From Antedon mediterranea (lineage: Eukaryota; Animalia; Echinodermata), in assembly GCF_964355755.1 (NCBI RefSeq), contig NC_092678.1, forward strand, positions 12,336,352 through 12,400,351: 64,000 nt of DNA. The letters are read 5' to 3'. The stretch's first letter is position 1. Each line of letters begins with the position of its first letter. Under the pieces are notes generated by a model, which saw nothing but the letters and a program-made list of their open reading frames with translations, had not been told where the DNA came from and did no database searches. Below are positions 36,860-49,070 of this stretch, in pieces. The translations under genes and the position numbers were made by a program.

Positions 36860-37680
36860 CTATGTGAACGATGTACACAAACTCATATCTACAACTAATT
36901 GACTTCCATAATTAGTTAAATAATAAATCGGGTCTCTGTGCATTCTAAAGAGCTATAAGAGATTCAAAATAGGTATGACGTCATACCATGTGTACGTCTA
37001 ATATTTACACAAATTCATATCTACAACTAATTGACTTCCATAATTAGTTAAAAAATAAATCGGGTCTCTGTGCATTCTAAGGAGCCATAAGAGATTCAAA
37101 ATAGGTATAATTTTACACAGATTTTGCTTTCGTTATTTTACAGTTCATGGAAATGAAAACAATTTATCAACAAAGAACAATTATCAACAATCAGCGGTAC
37201 CTACGTGCTGTGCACACACAAATGCGCGCTTGACACGAAATATTGTTAAATTTTGGAAACGCTCAAAATGTCCTGAACAACGTTCTAATTTGATTAGAAA
37301 TTGATTTTAGGCATTTTAAAATTTTGACGCGCAAATTTCGTGCAAAATATCTGCGTCCATGTGAATTTTGCTTATATATGTTGACCCTTGGCCTGACGTT
37401 TTTTGTAACAAGCTTTTGTGAAACAAACAGATATAAACTATTATGGATAATATTAATTCACAAAATGGCTCCTCAACGACGACACGGCTGTATAACCTCG
37501 CTGAAAAGCTTATTATGTCTAGGTTTAATAATTAAAGAGAAAGATTTTGTGAATTTTTTATGTTTACGAACATTGAACTTTTGAAATAGTTGCTACAGGA
37601 AAAAGTTTACAGAAAGAAACAAAGAAGAAGATTAAATACCTTATACAATAACATTTTATTCTAAATGATCACCTTTTTAC
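36860..37680. mobile_element. Degraded HINE/Helentron-like remnant related to the 24452-27641 elements, with a ~130-bp internal tandem duplication
   Basis: Shares the tgacgtcatacca..tgtacgtct and atgatcacct motifs in opposite orientation. 36875-36977 is repeated at 37006-37107. Confidence 0.45.
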
Positions 37681-37877
37681 TCAGTTTGTATATCGGCAAA
37701 GTAACTATTACATAACGAATATCTAATCCTAACCATGATAACTATATATGGGGAAATTGAGTAGTCCATTCACAAAATAAGCAATAATAAGAAAAGGGGC
37801 GTGATTTTATGAAATATTAAATACTGTAGGTTATCCCGGGTTTAACAAAATACCCATTATAATAGCCATGTTAGTAC

Positions 37878-40800
37878 TTAACGACATTTCTCTGTTGATT
37901 TAGGAAGTGTTCCCTCATTGAAAACGGAATCACATTTTGCCATCAACTTTGAACATTCAATCTTGTCAGGCTCATTGTACTTTGACTGAGTTAATCTCAA
38001 TTTTTTTCTTATTTTTGCGCGATTATTCTGAAACCAGTGTTTTACTTCTTCTGGCTTCAATTCAAGTAAGATTGCAAAATGGTTTATTTCTCTTACAGAT
38101 AAATATTGCTTCTGAGCGAATTTCCGTTGTAGTTTATAAACCTGTTCTCGTGTAAAAATCACGCGTCGTTTACGCGCTGTTTTTCCTTCTTGGTGCTGTG
38201 CGACGGTTTCTGTTTTAAAAAGTGAATTACTTTCACTTTTCATGTAATTCTTGTTTCTTGGTTGGTCAGATTTTTTAATTATCACTAAAAGACATAAGCG
38301 TAAAAAGCAATACAAGTTAGAAACGATAGCAATAGACACACATACAGATTGAAATGGACTCAAGTTAACAGTTTGGGTAAATTACAATTAATAACTTAAT
38401 CCAAGTAGTAATGTGCTTCTTTGAATGTCACGTTTATGAAAATAGCACTTAATATAGATCCTTTAAGCATTACTAACGAAATTATCAATGTGGTCAAAAT
38501 TGTAGGTCTACAAATTAGTTCTGCTCATAAATGGAACCAATAATGGGAACACTAACGTTACCTCTGTTAACTTATAACTTTTCCCTGGGCAGCGATATTT
38601 TTCGTACATAAGTTGAAGAACCCCTCATAAAAAAAATCACAAAATAAACATGCATAAATCATCAGTCACATGGTTAAGTGAGACCCGTGCCTAAATTTCC
38701 ATAGGCTTTGGTCATGTGTCAGAGAACCATTCGGTACACACATTAGAGGGTGCGCGAGCGAAAGTTTTAGGTCAATTCATGAACGGGCAGCAGGTAAAAT
38801 TTGACGACAGGCCAAACACGTGATTTTCTAGGCTTATGATGTTTGTAGTTCATCATGTGTATGAATATTGATTTGTGGTGTAGGCCTACACATTGGGTTG
38901 ACTGACGATCTCAAAACACACTTAATTTTCATCCAATTTGAAATGGCCAGTGTTCAAACAAAGTTCATAAGTTATTGGTAAGGTGCGAAAGCTCATTAAT
39001 GCCATTTTAAGTATATGTTTTTCGAACGTAATCCGTTCTAACGAATTAGTAATTCGTTTGAACGGATTAATAATCTGTTCAAACAAATTAGTAATCCGTT
39101 CAAACGAATTGCAACATATACAACAAGTGCCATTTAAAGTATATGTTGTAATTCGTTTGAACGGATTACTAATCCGTTCAAACGAATTACTAATTTGTTT
39201 AAACGGATTACTAATTTGTTCAAACGGATTACTAATCCGTTCAAACGAATTACTAATTTGTTTAAACGGATTAATAATTCGTTCAAACGAATTACTAATT
39301 TGTTTAAAAAATACGTTCAAACGAATTAGTAATCCTTTTAAACGAATTAATAATTTGTTTAAACAAATTAATAATTTGTTTAAACGGATTACTAATCTGT
39401 TTGAACGAATTAGTAATTCGTTTGAACGAATTAGTAATCCGTTTAAACAAATTAGTAATTTGTTTAAACAAATTGATAATTTGTTTAAACGGATTACTAA
39501 TTCGTTAGAACGAATTACTAATTTGTTTGAACAAATTAGTAATCCGTTTAAACAAATTATTAATTTGTTTTAACAGATTATTAATCTGTAATAATAACAA
39601 ACAAACTTGACGGGTTGTTTGTTGGTATATATTTACTTCATTGTGTTGGTTCAGAGGATGTTTTTCTTTCGCACCTGCCTTGTATTTTGACTCCAAATTT
39701 GTTAACTAACTTTATCCTGAATACCTAATATCCTAATATAGGACTTATTAAGTACTTTAAAAAGGAGAAACACATAAAAACAAATAAATAAATCCTTTAA
39801 ATTGATGATTTTACATACGTGCTTCTTTGTATAGGCCTACTGTAACTCCTCCCCATGCTCAATATTTGTTGTTTCTATGGAGCGCCAAAAGAGCAACAAT
39901 AATAGTACAAGTATAAAAACAGAAAGAAAACGAAACAAAAAACTTATTATCATGATTTTTAACTTAAAATTTATTTTCGAGTAATTATTCCTTCGTACTG
40001 ATTTTCACTAAAAAATGCGTTAAAATAGATTGACTCCACAGAGTTTTCAGCCCTCTATATAATTTTTGCTCTTTTGACGTTTCATAGAAACAAAACATGC
40101 GAAATTCGCAAACAGTATGTGTGCGAGAAAAACGTCTGTAAAATCATCAATTTAAAAATGTATTTGTTACTTTTTATGTGATTCTTTTTCATTAAAGTGC
40201 TAATTTTAAGGTGTGGTATTCAGAATAAATGTTGGAGTTAAAATACAAGGCAGGTGCGAAAGATAAATATTTGTAATCTTAGGTCTTGGGTCTTAGCTTT
40301 CGTGATATTAGGTCTTAGGGGGTCTTAGCTTTCGTGGTCTTAGGTTTCTAAACAAGTTTGTTGCGTGAAACTCGGCCACTTACAGTGAAACACCAAAACA
40401 ATTAGGATATACATACAATAATAAAATTAAAGACTTCATATTGAAAATTCGTCCATTATTTTTTATTCAGATAACAAACAAACATGCCAATCCACATAAA
40501 CCTTTTTGTAATGCTTCGGCGGCATAGCTAGCGCGCGACCGATACACAATGCGCTAAACCATCGCTGTACGCGCTACTGTGATGCGCGGTGTATGTTATT
40601 TCGAGAGGTACCATTTTGACAATCGTTCGTAACCAGATTAGTTACTTTCAAAAAGTAAAATATTCACGGTCCAGACCGAATATAGTGTCCATATTTATAG
40701 TATATCCCAATAATTAACCTATCTACCGGATTTCGTAAAAAAACGCGAAAAACGAAGATCTTCGTGTTTGGCAGTCAAGCGTTGTGTTTCCAAAAACGAA

Positions 40801-43579
40801 GATCTTCATGTTTGGCCGGCAGCCAAAGTGTTAAACAAATTATTAATTCGTTTAAACGGATTACTAATTCATTTGAACGAATTAGTAATTCGTTTGAACG
40901 GATTAATAATCCGTTTAAACAAATTAGTAATTCGTTTGAACGAATTAGTAATCCGTTTAAACAAATTAGTAATTTGTTTGAACGGATTAGTAATCCGTTC
41001 AAACGAATTACAACATATACTTTCAATGGCACATGTTGTATATGTTGCAATTCGTTTGAACGGATTACTAATTCGTTTGAACAGATTATTAATCCGTTCA
41101 AACGAATTACTAATTCGTTAGAACGGATTACGTTCGAAAAACATATACTTAAAATGGCATTAATGGGCTTTCGTAGTAAGGTATATCAAGGAAAAAAAAT
41201 ATCCGTGGGGAGGCCTACTTCACCCCTGTAAGTTCTTGCTGATAAAATATATTAGCCGTACGACGTTATAACCGATGATTGTATTTTATTAGTTACTCGT
41301 TTACAATGAATCCGCATGAGGAGAGAGAGAGCATGGTCATATAGGGGTATTCATTAGGGGTTGCTCGTATTGATTAAACTATAGAGGGCTCACTACTATA
41401 ATTAGGTAGATCAGATATGAGATGCTATATAGTTCTACATCTCTCTTTGTTAGTTATGAGTTGTATATTTATGATTATATAGAGTTCTTTTGTAAACAGT
41501 CAATTAAGATAATCAAAAGTTCAATTTAATATTGGTTCAACAGCTTAACTTCAATAATCAGAGTTCACGAATCATAACGGGGATTTGGACGTACCACTCT
41601 TCCATATCGCGTGGTCGGCCGTGGTTGGTGTACTTAGGCGTGTGTGATAGTTGTGTGTCGCTGTTGTTGTTTTCCGTGAATACCGGGTCAGGTTCGGATA
41701 CCGGGATGATGTGTCTGCGATTTCTGCGTAACTTTGTACCCTTGATACTTACAATGTATGATCGTGAATTGGTTAAAAATATATTCAATTCACAATCGTT
41801 AATGTGTCTATATTTTGTCTGTGCCTCTTATCCCCTCTCAAAAATAGGTTAGAATGTATGTAGTTTTAACTACATACATTCTAACCTATTTTTTTTTTAA
41901 ATTGTTTGCCTGTACTGACGTATCATCGAAGACTGTAGAAACGATCAGTTATTGTTTCTTCACTCGCGTTTCTTCAATTCTTTAATTGATGTACGAGCTG
42001 TAATATATGCATTGGAAATTAAACTAAGATATCTCTATTAAAAACTAAGATATCTTATTTTCAAATAGAGATGTCTTCCTTTTTAATAGAGATATCTTAG
42101 TTTCAAATAGAGATGTCTATGTTAATATAGATATCTCTTTTAATAGAGATATATTACTTTTAAACTAAGCTATCTTTATTTTCTAATAAATGACAGCTTG
42201 GCGCAACATAATATACCCCAAAGGCAAAACTATTGTCAGTTTATTTCTGTTGTGATTAGGTGTTTTAAAATGTTATGTATGCTGAGGCTGAGGCATTTGT
42301 CAATGATAAATCCAATCAGTTGAGACTTGAAATATCTAATGATATGTATTTTAGTTGTGAGGATGTACAAATGCACATTAATTCCCATATTTCTTTCCGT
42401 ACCCAACTGTATTTTACCCGGTTATTTTGGTTAGGATTTATAAATATTATATGCATGTTTGGCGAGTGAATTAGGATCTGTAATCCAATGTGTAAATATT
42501 TATTTTCCAAATGTGTGTTTTTTGTTATTTTACATACTCTGTATTTGTTTATATTCAACTACATACTGTACATTATATCGTGTCTGTATATGTGCGGAGT
42601 GCTTTAATTGCGTTTTTTACAATAAGTTATGTACGTCGAAGCTTCATATATTCGATAACCATACGTGGGCACGTACTAGAGCGTACCGTAGAGTTGCAAA
42701 TAATTTATTTGAGGGTTATCTATTAAACTACTTTTTATTATCTTATCTAAGAAATCATGGGGACGACCAACATATTTTGCCACGTAGTTTGTGCCAGAAT
42801 TTATATAGATCAAATACCCATACGTTTAAAAAAAAGTTGTAGCAGTTAAACGTTTTGTAAAAACAAATTGGCAAAACTAGCATGTCCTAATAAAAAAATT
42901 AAATTGGCCATGAAATACGCCAGGACGCCGCGCCGTTACATGTCGTGTACTTGTCGGGTTATCTATTAAACTACCTTTTATTATCGTATCTAAGAAACCA
43001 TGTGGACGACCAACATATTTTGCCTTGTAGTTTTGTGCCAGAATTTAGATAGATCAAATATTTATACGTTTAAAACAAAAGTCGTAGCGGTTAAAAGTTT
43101 CGTAAAATCAAATTGGCAAAACTAGCATGTCTTAAAAAAGAAAAATTAAATTGGGCATGAAATACGCCAGGACGCCGCGCCGTTAACTCTCGTGGGCTTG
43201 TCAGATAATACTAAACATCTACTTAAAAAGTCTTACCGTAGTTGATTATTTGTGAGAAATTCTGAGATATTCGATTATCATCGTCTGACATCTGATGGAA
43301 TTTGGTAGAAAAGACGAATGACGACGGCAACGGCGTGCTTTTCGCTACATTATCATTGGTACAAACTATACTTGTTGGTTTTAACGATAAGTGTTTACTT
43401 TCTGTTCCTGCTGACGTAACTCCGTTGTTTGTTTCACTACCTTTGTCGTCTTTGTGGGCATTATTCATAATATCGGCAATAAAATGACGGGTTCGATAAT
43501 TACCCTTGTTGTTGTAGCAATGAGGGTGCCATGTGCCGATGGCTTCTAAGAAAGGATAGGTTGATATTGTTGATTGCAT
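37878..43579 (-). CDS. Divergent NK2-like (NKL) homeobox gene, 2 coding exons (43579-43237 and 38284-37878), 249 aa
   Basis: Exon 1 is 343 nt (phase 1, donor gtaaga) and contains eh1/TN-like RHFIADIM. The exon 2 acceptor cttttag|tg is phase 1. Homeodomain RKRRVIFTREQVYKLQRKFAQKQYLS..E..HFA..L.L.P..VKHWFQNNRAK resembles NK2 RKRRVLFS.AQVYELERRF.QQ.YLS. Confidence 0.82.
38984..41175. mobile_element. Non-autonomous TIR element, IS3EU-like termini (TAY...RTA, 6-bp TSD), ~2.2 kb
   Basis: ~300-bp TIRs starting t(g/a)cgaaagc(t/c)cattaatgccattttaag, built of 21-bp subrepeats (aaacgaattactaatccgttc). TSD gtaagg at 38978-38983 and 41176-41181. Confidence 0.8.
41240..41770 (-). mobile_element. Gypsy/Ty3 LTR retrotransposon 3' remnant (integrase C-terminus, PPT, ~200-bp LTR)
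   Basis: RSYIVSIKGTKLRRNRRHIIPV is typical of the Gypsy integrase C-terminus. On the minus strand the purine tract aaagagaga (41448-41440) is followed by TGTAG...ATCA (41439-41240), which contains AATAAA. Confidence 0.62.
41840..41893. repeat. Perfect hairpin, 26-bp arms, 2-nt loop
   Basis: aaaaataggttagaatgtatgtagtt-tt-aactacatacattctaacctattttt. Confidence 0.9.
42021..42180. repeat. ~21-bp degenerate repeats in both orientations (MITE-like remnant)
   Basis: aaactaagatatctctatta and aatagagatatcttagttt variants. Confidence 0.6.
42712..43186. repeat. ~243-bp tandem duplication
   Basis: gggttatctattaaactac...aaatacgccaggacgccgcgccgtta occurs at 42712-42938 and 42956-43186. Confidence 0.9.
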
Positions 43580-45861
43580 AGTCAAATAAATAATTTTCTT
43601 ACTCTGTCGATCTTTTGATGGCCTGAAGTCTGGAATAAAGGTAAAATTAAACAATAAACAGAAACGTTAAAGGCATTTTTAATTACAAAGCAATTAAAAA
43701 AATAATATGAAAATTGCTACTGTTACTATCAGCAATTATAATTTAAAAAAAACTGCTATCGCACTCAATACAAAACTAATACCAAATATATTGTGATTTA
43801 ATTGGATAAAGTCAAATTAGACTAAGCTAACAAGTAGCTAGAACATGAATCTGATGTTAAATACTAAAATGTATGTTTTTATGTTAAATATAAATATTCT
43901 CCATGGGATACTCAGGTAGCGAGCTTGTCAAAAAGTGAATTGTACGACATCATCCAAAGGTGATAAAACCGAGCAGGAAAGAAGCGTGGAAATGGACTTA
44001 AAGCAGGACGTTAAATCGTAGTATAAATATAGATAATTATTATAATTTGTCCTGTGCTAATCTAACTTTATCCAATTAAATCACTCCTGTACAATTCAAC
44101 ATTCCTTCAGATGTATACAAGCTGTGTCTAACTAAGCTATTGATAGAATTTACATAATCGTTATCACTTTGTGTTGAAAGAAATCAAATTCAATGAATCT
44201 GTATTTAATGAATTCATAATTTATTACATGAAAACAATGTAGAAAGGCAGAGTGGCTAGCGATAAAACAAATAGTGCTAGGCAAGATTTAAGCACAAATT
44301 ATGCTAGACGGTGCTAAACACCAATTTTCAGCAGAATACTATTTTTTAACCCAAAGTTTTGAAAACGTGGTGCATGTTGGCAAATATCCATGACAATTAG
44401 CTTTACAAATTTAAGCAAATTAATGCTAGATGTTCTACAATTATATCTAGTAATGGTAGATACTAGATGTGTCGAAAGTAAGGTATTACAATGGAGAGTA
44501 CAAGAAAAACATAATTGAAAAGATAAACAAATCTTAGAAACAACCCATTCAGGTTGTCTATTGCATATTATAAACTTGTTTTTAATAGACAAACAATTCA
44601 ATGTTGTAAAGAAAAAGAAAGATGAAGTGAATTAGTAACTACAACCTTAAGAGCGTTTAGACGACAGATTATTTGCCCTTTTGTTTATAGAAAGAAAACA
44701 GTAATCATCAATCATCTATTTTATACTTATTATAATAAATGTGTGCTTTATCCAATAATCTACTATGATTCAGTCATACTTACCGAAAAGCACAAAATCT
44801 ACCGTTGTATTAACAATGCGTATCCTTACACTACAACAAGTGTCCAAATTATCAAGAAACTAGGCCTATATACCTATGTAGATACCAGCATGTATATGTC
44901 TTTGGATTTATAATACATATAAATGATTTTATTCCTTTTAGGAACCATATGCAGTGACAACTAACAACAGGATGAAAATGATTGTTATGTATTGTCTCCA
45001 CCAATTGTGCAAACCCTACTCCTTTTATTTGCATATATGAGTAACAAATGAAATTCTAGAAAAATGAGAATATGTAAAATTAGAGGAACGTAATACTGTA
45101 GTAGAAATAGGCAGACTTAAAACAAATTACAATTTTTAGGCGCATGATTTTAAAAGGAAGTTAGTACAAAAGGTATGAAGAACACCAAGGGCAAAGTTAT
45201 TTATGTGCTGTGCAAGACGGATGCGCAATGCGAACAAATCTTGAATTGTATACATGTGAAAATACCTTTGTTGTTATTCGTTTAGAGTAAACACTTATTC
45301 AATTTTAACAATTGTTGTTATTGAAGTGTGTTGTGATGCCCTTTTTGTTGTTTTTGCATTTGGAAATATTTTGAAAAAAAAAAATGTATAACACTACGTA
45401 TTCACTCATGAGAAGCAAACGTTTGTTTCATGAGGGCCCCAACAGCTAGTACATTATACATTAAAAATAAGATAATAAAAAATTATGCCTAAGCATAAAA
45501 AGGTACAGTTTAGGATATTTCGATGGATAAAAAGTAACGTTTTACAGATTTTTAAAAAGTACCTACATACAAAAAGAATCGGTAGAACTGTACACCCGGC
45601 TATTGAAACAACATTGGTTTCTAGTTAATCTTGCAAAAGAACACTTAACGCCTCGTTCTCAAACTATAAATGCTTAGATTATATTTGTTCTTACATAAAA
45701 CAAACTCTATACCACAAACTCACAATGCAAGTACACTCATTCTAGTCACTGTGCTACTAGCAAAATATCATTCTCCAATTCCTTCTGGGCTTTGTTTTAT
45801 AACAGTACTGTTAAATTGTGGTCAATCGTAGTAAATTCACCAGCTCACCTTACTCAAGAAT

Positions 45862-46676
45862 GGGTCATTCTATGTCAAATCACCCAATGGGTTAAACCCT
45901 ACTTTCTTCAAATTTGCTCAAATTTAGTTTTTAGTCGCGCGGACGCGACTCTATAGTTCACTATGTTGGTCGGTCGGTTGATCTGTCGGTCTGTCGGTCT
46001 GTCTGTCGGTCCGGTATCATTATGCGTTTTATCGCTTTCTGACCTTATCTTGATATCAGTTTAATCTAGCTAAGTCAATTTTTCACAGTATATTCCTTAT
46101 GGCCAGGAATCGATGTGGTTATGTTTTCACGGTGCGCAATAAAAAATTACGCGGTCTACGCACGATTTAACGAAATCACGTTTTTAATCATATCTTCACA
46201 ACCATGAATCACAATTAAATAAAATTTGGTACTCATAAATTTCAGGGCATAAATCATCATTTTGCAATACAATTACCTGCGTAGATAATTTTCACAACAT
46301 TTCATCTAAAAACAATTTGTACCACAAGGTCAAATCCTATGTCAAATGGAATAGAATAAGTTATACATCTTTTAAAAATAGTTCTATCTCAAAAGTAAAT
46401 AGAATATTTGGATAGCTTTAACAATTAGCTTTCCAAAGATACCTGGCACAACAAAATCGGTCCACACATTACGGAGATACGATCATTTAAATATAGCCTG
46501 CCGCGTCGCGAAGAAACGACGGCACGTAGCGCGCGAACCGTTGGTCGTATGGCGCTCAAATTAAAAATTTCGGGTTTTTTGGCTAAAAATAACCCCAAAA
46601 AACTAATTTGAGCAAATTTGAAGAAAGTAGGGTTTAAAATGTCATTTTTTTTGGGTGATTTGGTATGGAATGACCC
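45862..46676. mobile_element. MITE with GGG...CCC termini and 4-bp TSD (Sola2-like), containing a HINE-type 5' fragment at ~45927-46280
   Basis: TIR gggtcattc..aaatcaccca..aaaccctactttcttcaaatttgctcaaatt and its reverse complement; TSD gaat at 45858-45861 and 46677-46680. Internal agtcgcg-cgga-cgcgact hairpin followed by a (GTCG/GTCT)n microsatellite. Confidence 0.75.
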
Positions 46677-47179
46677 GAATGCATGAAAGGAAGAATTTAG
46701 GTACTAGCCTCTTATTAAAATAATTCACATTTAAGTTGTATAATTTACGGTAGGCAAACCGTAAAATCACATGCATATATTTATATGTTATCTGGTACCC
46801 GATGAGTAAAAAAAAAATATTATAGTTTAAGTTATATTAAGATGTGTTATTGTATGTGTATCTTTCTAGCCATATTGTAACACGGGCCATTATAGTACGT
46901 TATCATTGCTGGCTACTCATGTAGGTCTAACTTTCATTAAACACTTGATATGTTCGTTTAAATTAATGAGGTAATTTTTATTGCTCCAATTCAGATTTAT
47001 CATCTAAGTTAAATTCTACAATCAATAAGTAGATATGCTCACAAACACGAATTCACACCCGTTGGTCTCATTTCACGGGTGTCCACCTGCCGGACTTATT
47101 CCCATGTGTCTCAGGTTTAAATAATCGACTTGTATATCGCCTACAACCGGACTCATTCCCGGGTGTGCACTCGCCGGAT

Positions 47180-48215
47180 TCCAACTTCCTTTTTCAATTT
47201 CTAATTCTAATATTCCTAGTCTCATCTTAGTAATACTTTGTCTATGTTTGTAATGTGTTACTTTAATTAGATATTTTTCAATTCCAAAATTATATTTAAT
47301 GTATGTGTAATATCGGAGCTTAGAGTGGAACTTCATAGAATTTCTGTCGTTCAATGTAAGCCTTTGTTTAAAACTTGAAATAAAAGTATATATATTATTG
47401 ACCTGTTGTGAGTACCATATGTTACCAAATCCATTTATGCATAGTATTTGTTTTACGTCATTGACCCAACATTGCTTATTTCTTTGAGCTTTTCTATTAT
47501 TGAAAATCATAACATTGTTTAATAAATTTGTCATTATCCATTTTGATTACTCGTATCCAGTAACGAATTATATTAATGATAATTTGAATTTGAATAGTAA
47601 ATCTTCCACATTCTCCTCTCACTGCAACACTTGGTGTAGAAGTACCTATTCCTAGAATGTATTTACAGAATCTTAAATGAACTTTCTCTAATACTGAAAT
47701 ATCATTTAAACCCCATATTTCACTATCATAAAGTAAGATTGGCATAAACATCAAATATATGGTTCCATATATTAACTTGGAGGTTACCAAAACGCCTATG
47801 GTTCAATCCATTGAATGTAAACAAAGCCTGATTAGCTTGTTGACAATTGTGTTCTTTGGCTTTATTCCAATTACCATTTAAGTTGAAAACAACTCCTAAA
47901 TATTTAAAAGATTTGACAATGTCAACTTTCCATTGTATTTTCATTTTTAAAATTGATTAAGATTACCACCATTCTTAAACACTACAATATTACTATTACG
48001 TTAACATTGACAGTTACATTCCAACTTATACCATAGGAGATAACTTGTTTAAAAAATACTGTAGACCATAAACGGTATCACCAAATAATATAAGGTCATC
48101 TGCATAGAGTAGATGATTAATTTTTAGATTTCCTATTTGTGGATTCTATGCTCGTCACCTTCCTCATTTAAAGTTTCACTTAAATCATTTATAAGAATAT
48201 TAAATAAAAAAGACG
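47180..48215 (-). mobile_element. Degenerate non-LTR retrotransposon RT remnant (RTE/RTEX-like)
   Basis: LFNILINDL, LLYADDLIL, FKYLGVVF, PILLYDSEIWG, LEKVHLRFCKYILG..AVRGECGR, ITKMRLG..LEIEKG across frameshifted ORFs. Confidence 0.82.
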
Positions 48216-49070
48216 AGAGTGGCGAACGTACCTGTGATACGTACATTACTTGGAAAACAATCCCAATTCAGACTAGAAATGGGCTAGCCAAAACAATATT
48301 TTTGGCCGGTTCTTATGTGTTAATTTTGTAAAATAAATATAATTATAATATAACATATAAACATACAACGGAATAACAATTAATTTATATAAATGATAAA
48401 AAAAAACTGACTGACTAAGTATTTTGATAATGTTTTTCAAAAAAGTATTTTTTTTTAAACTTTGTTTCTATATAGGGGACAACTTGATATAATTTGAAAG
48501 ACTTTTTTAACTGGTTTAATACCGTTAACAACGAATATTTGGTTATGCGAAGAGTTTAGGTTGAGTTAAGGAGGGCAGTGTTATATAAATGTTTTTCCAA
48601 AATTATATTTTAAATTTCAAGAACAATTTGATGGAATGTTATAATGTGTATAATCGTAAAACAAAAATTCAATGCTGGAGTGTGTTGAATATTTAGATCA
48701 GAAAATTAGCAATTGTGGGGGCTAAACGATGAGCACAAGAGATAAGGCGAATAGGTCTCTAGGTCTCTTTGAAGAAGATATATTTGCCAATATTTGAAGG
48801 GTAGTTATTAGCCCATACATTATTTCAATAATAAATAAATGGAAGAATAAGAGAACAATAAATATTACGGAGAATATGTTTAGACATTACGGAGAATAAT
48901 GAACACCTATGCTTTTTGAAATTTTAGTTTCTACTTTCCTTATTGTTGGAAAAACAATCCCAATTCAAACTAGAAATTTTAATTTGTTAAAGTTCAATTG
49001 ATAATCAATTTCAACTCCGAAAAATTTAGTGTTTTTAAATAGAGAATTACTTGGTCACGAATCATTATAT

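Noticed and set aside
38922-41231. Heptad or LRR-like ORFs (FKQISNSFERI / LLIRSNE)
   Set aside because: They are translations of 21-bp TIR subrepeats and appear on both strands.
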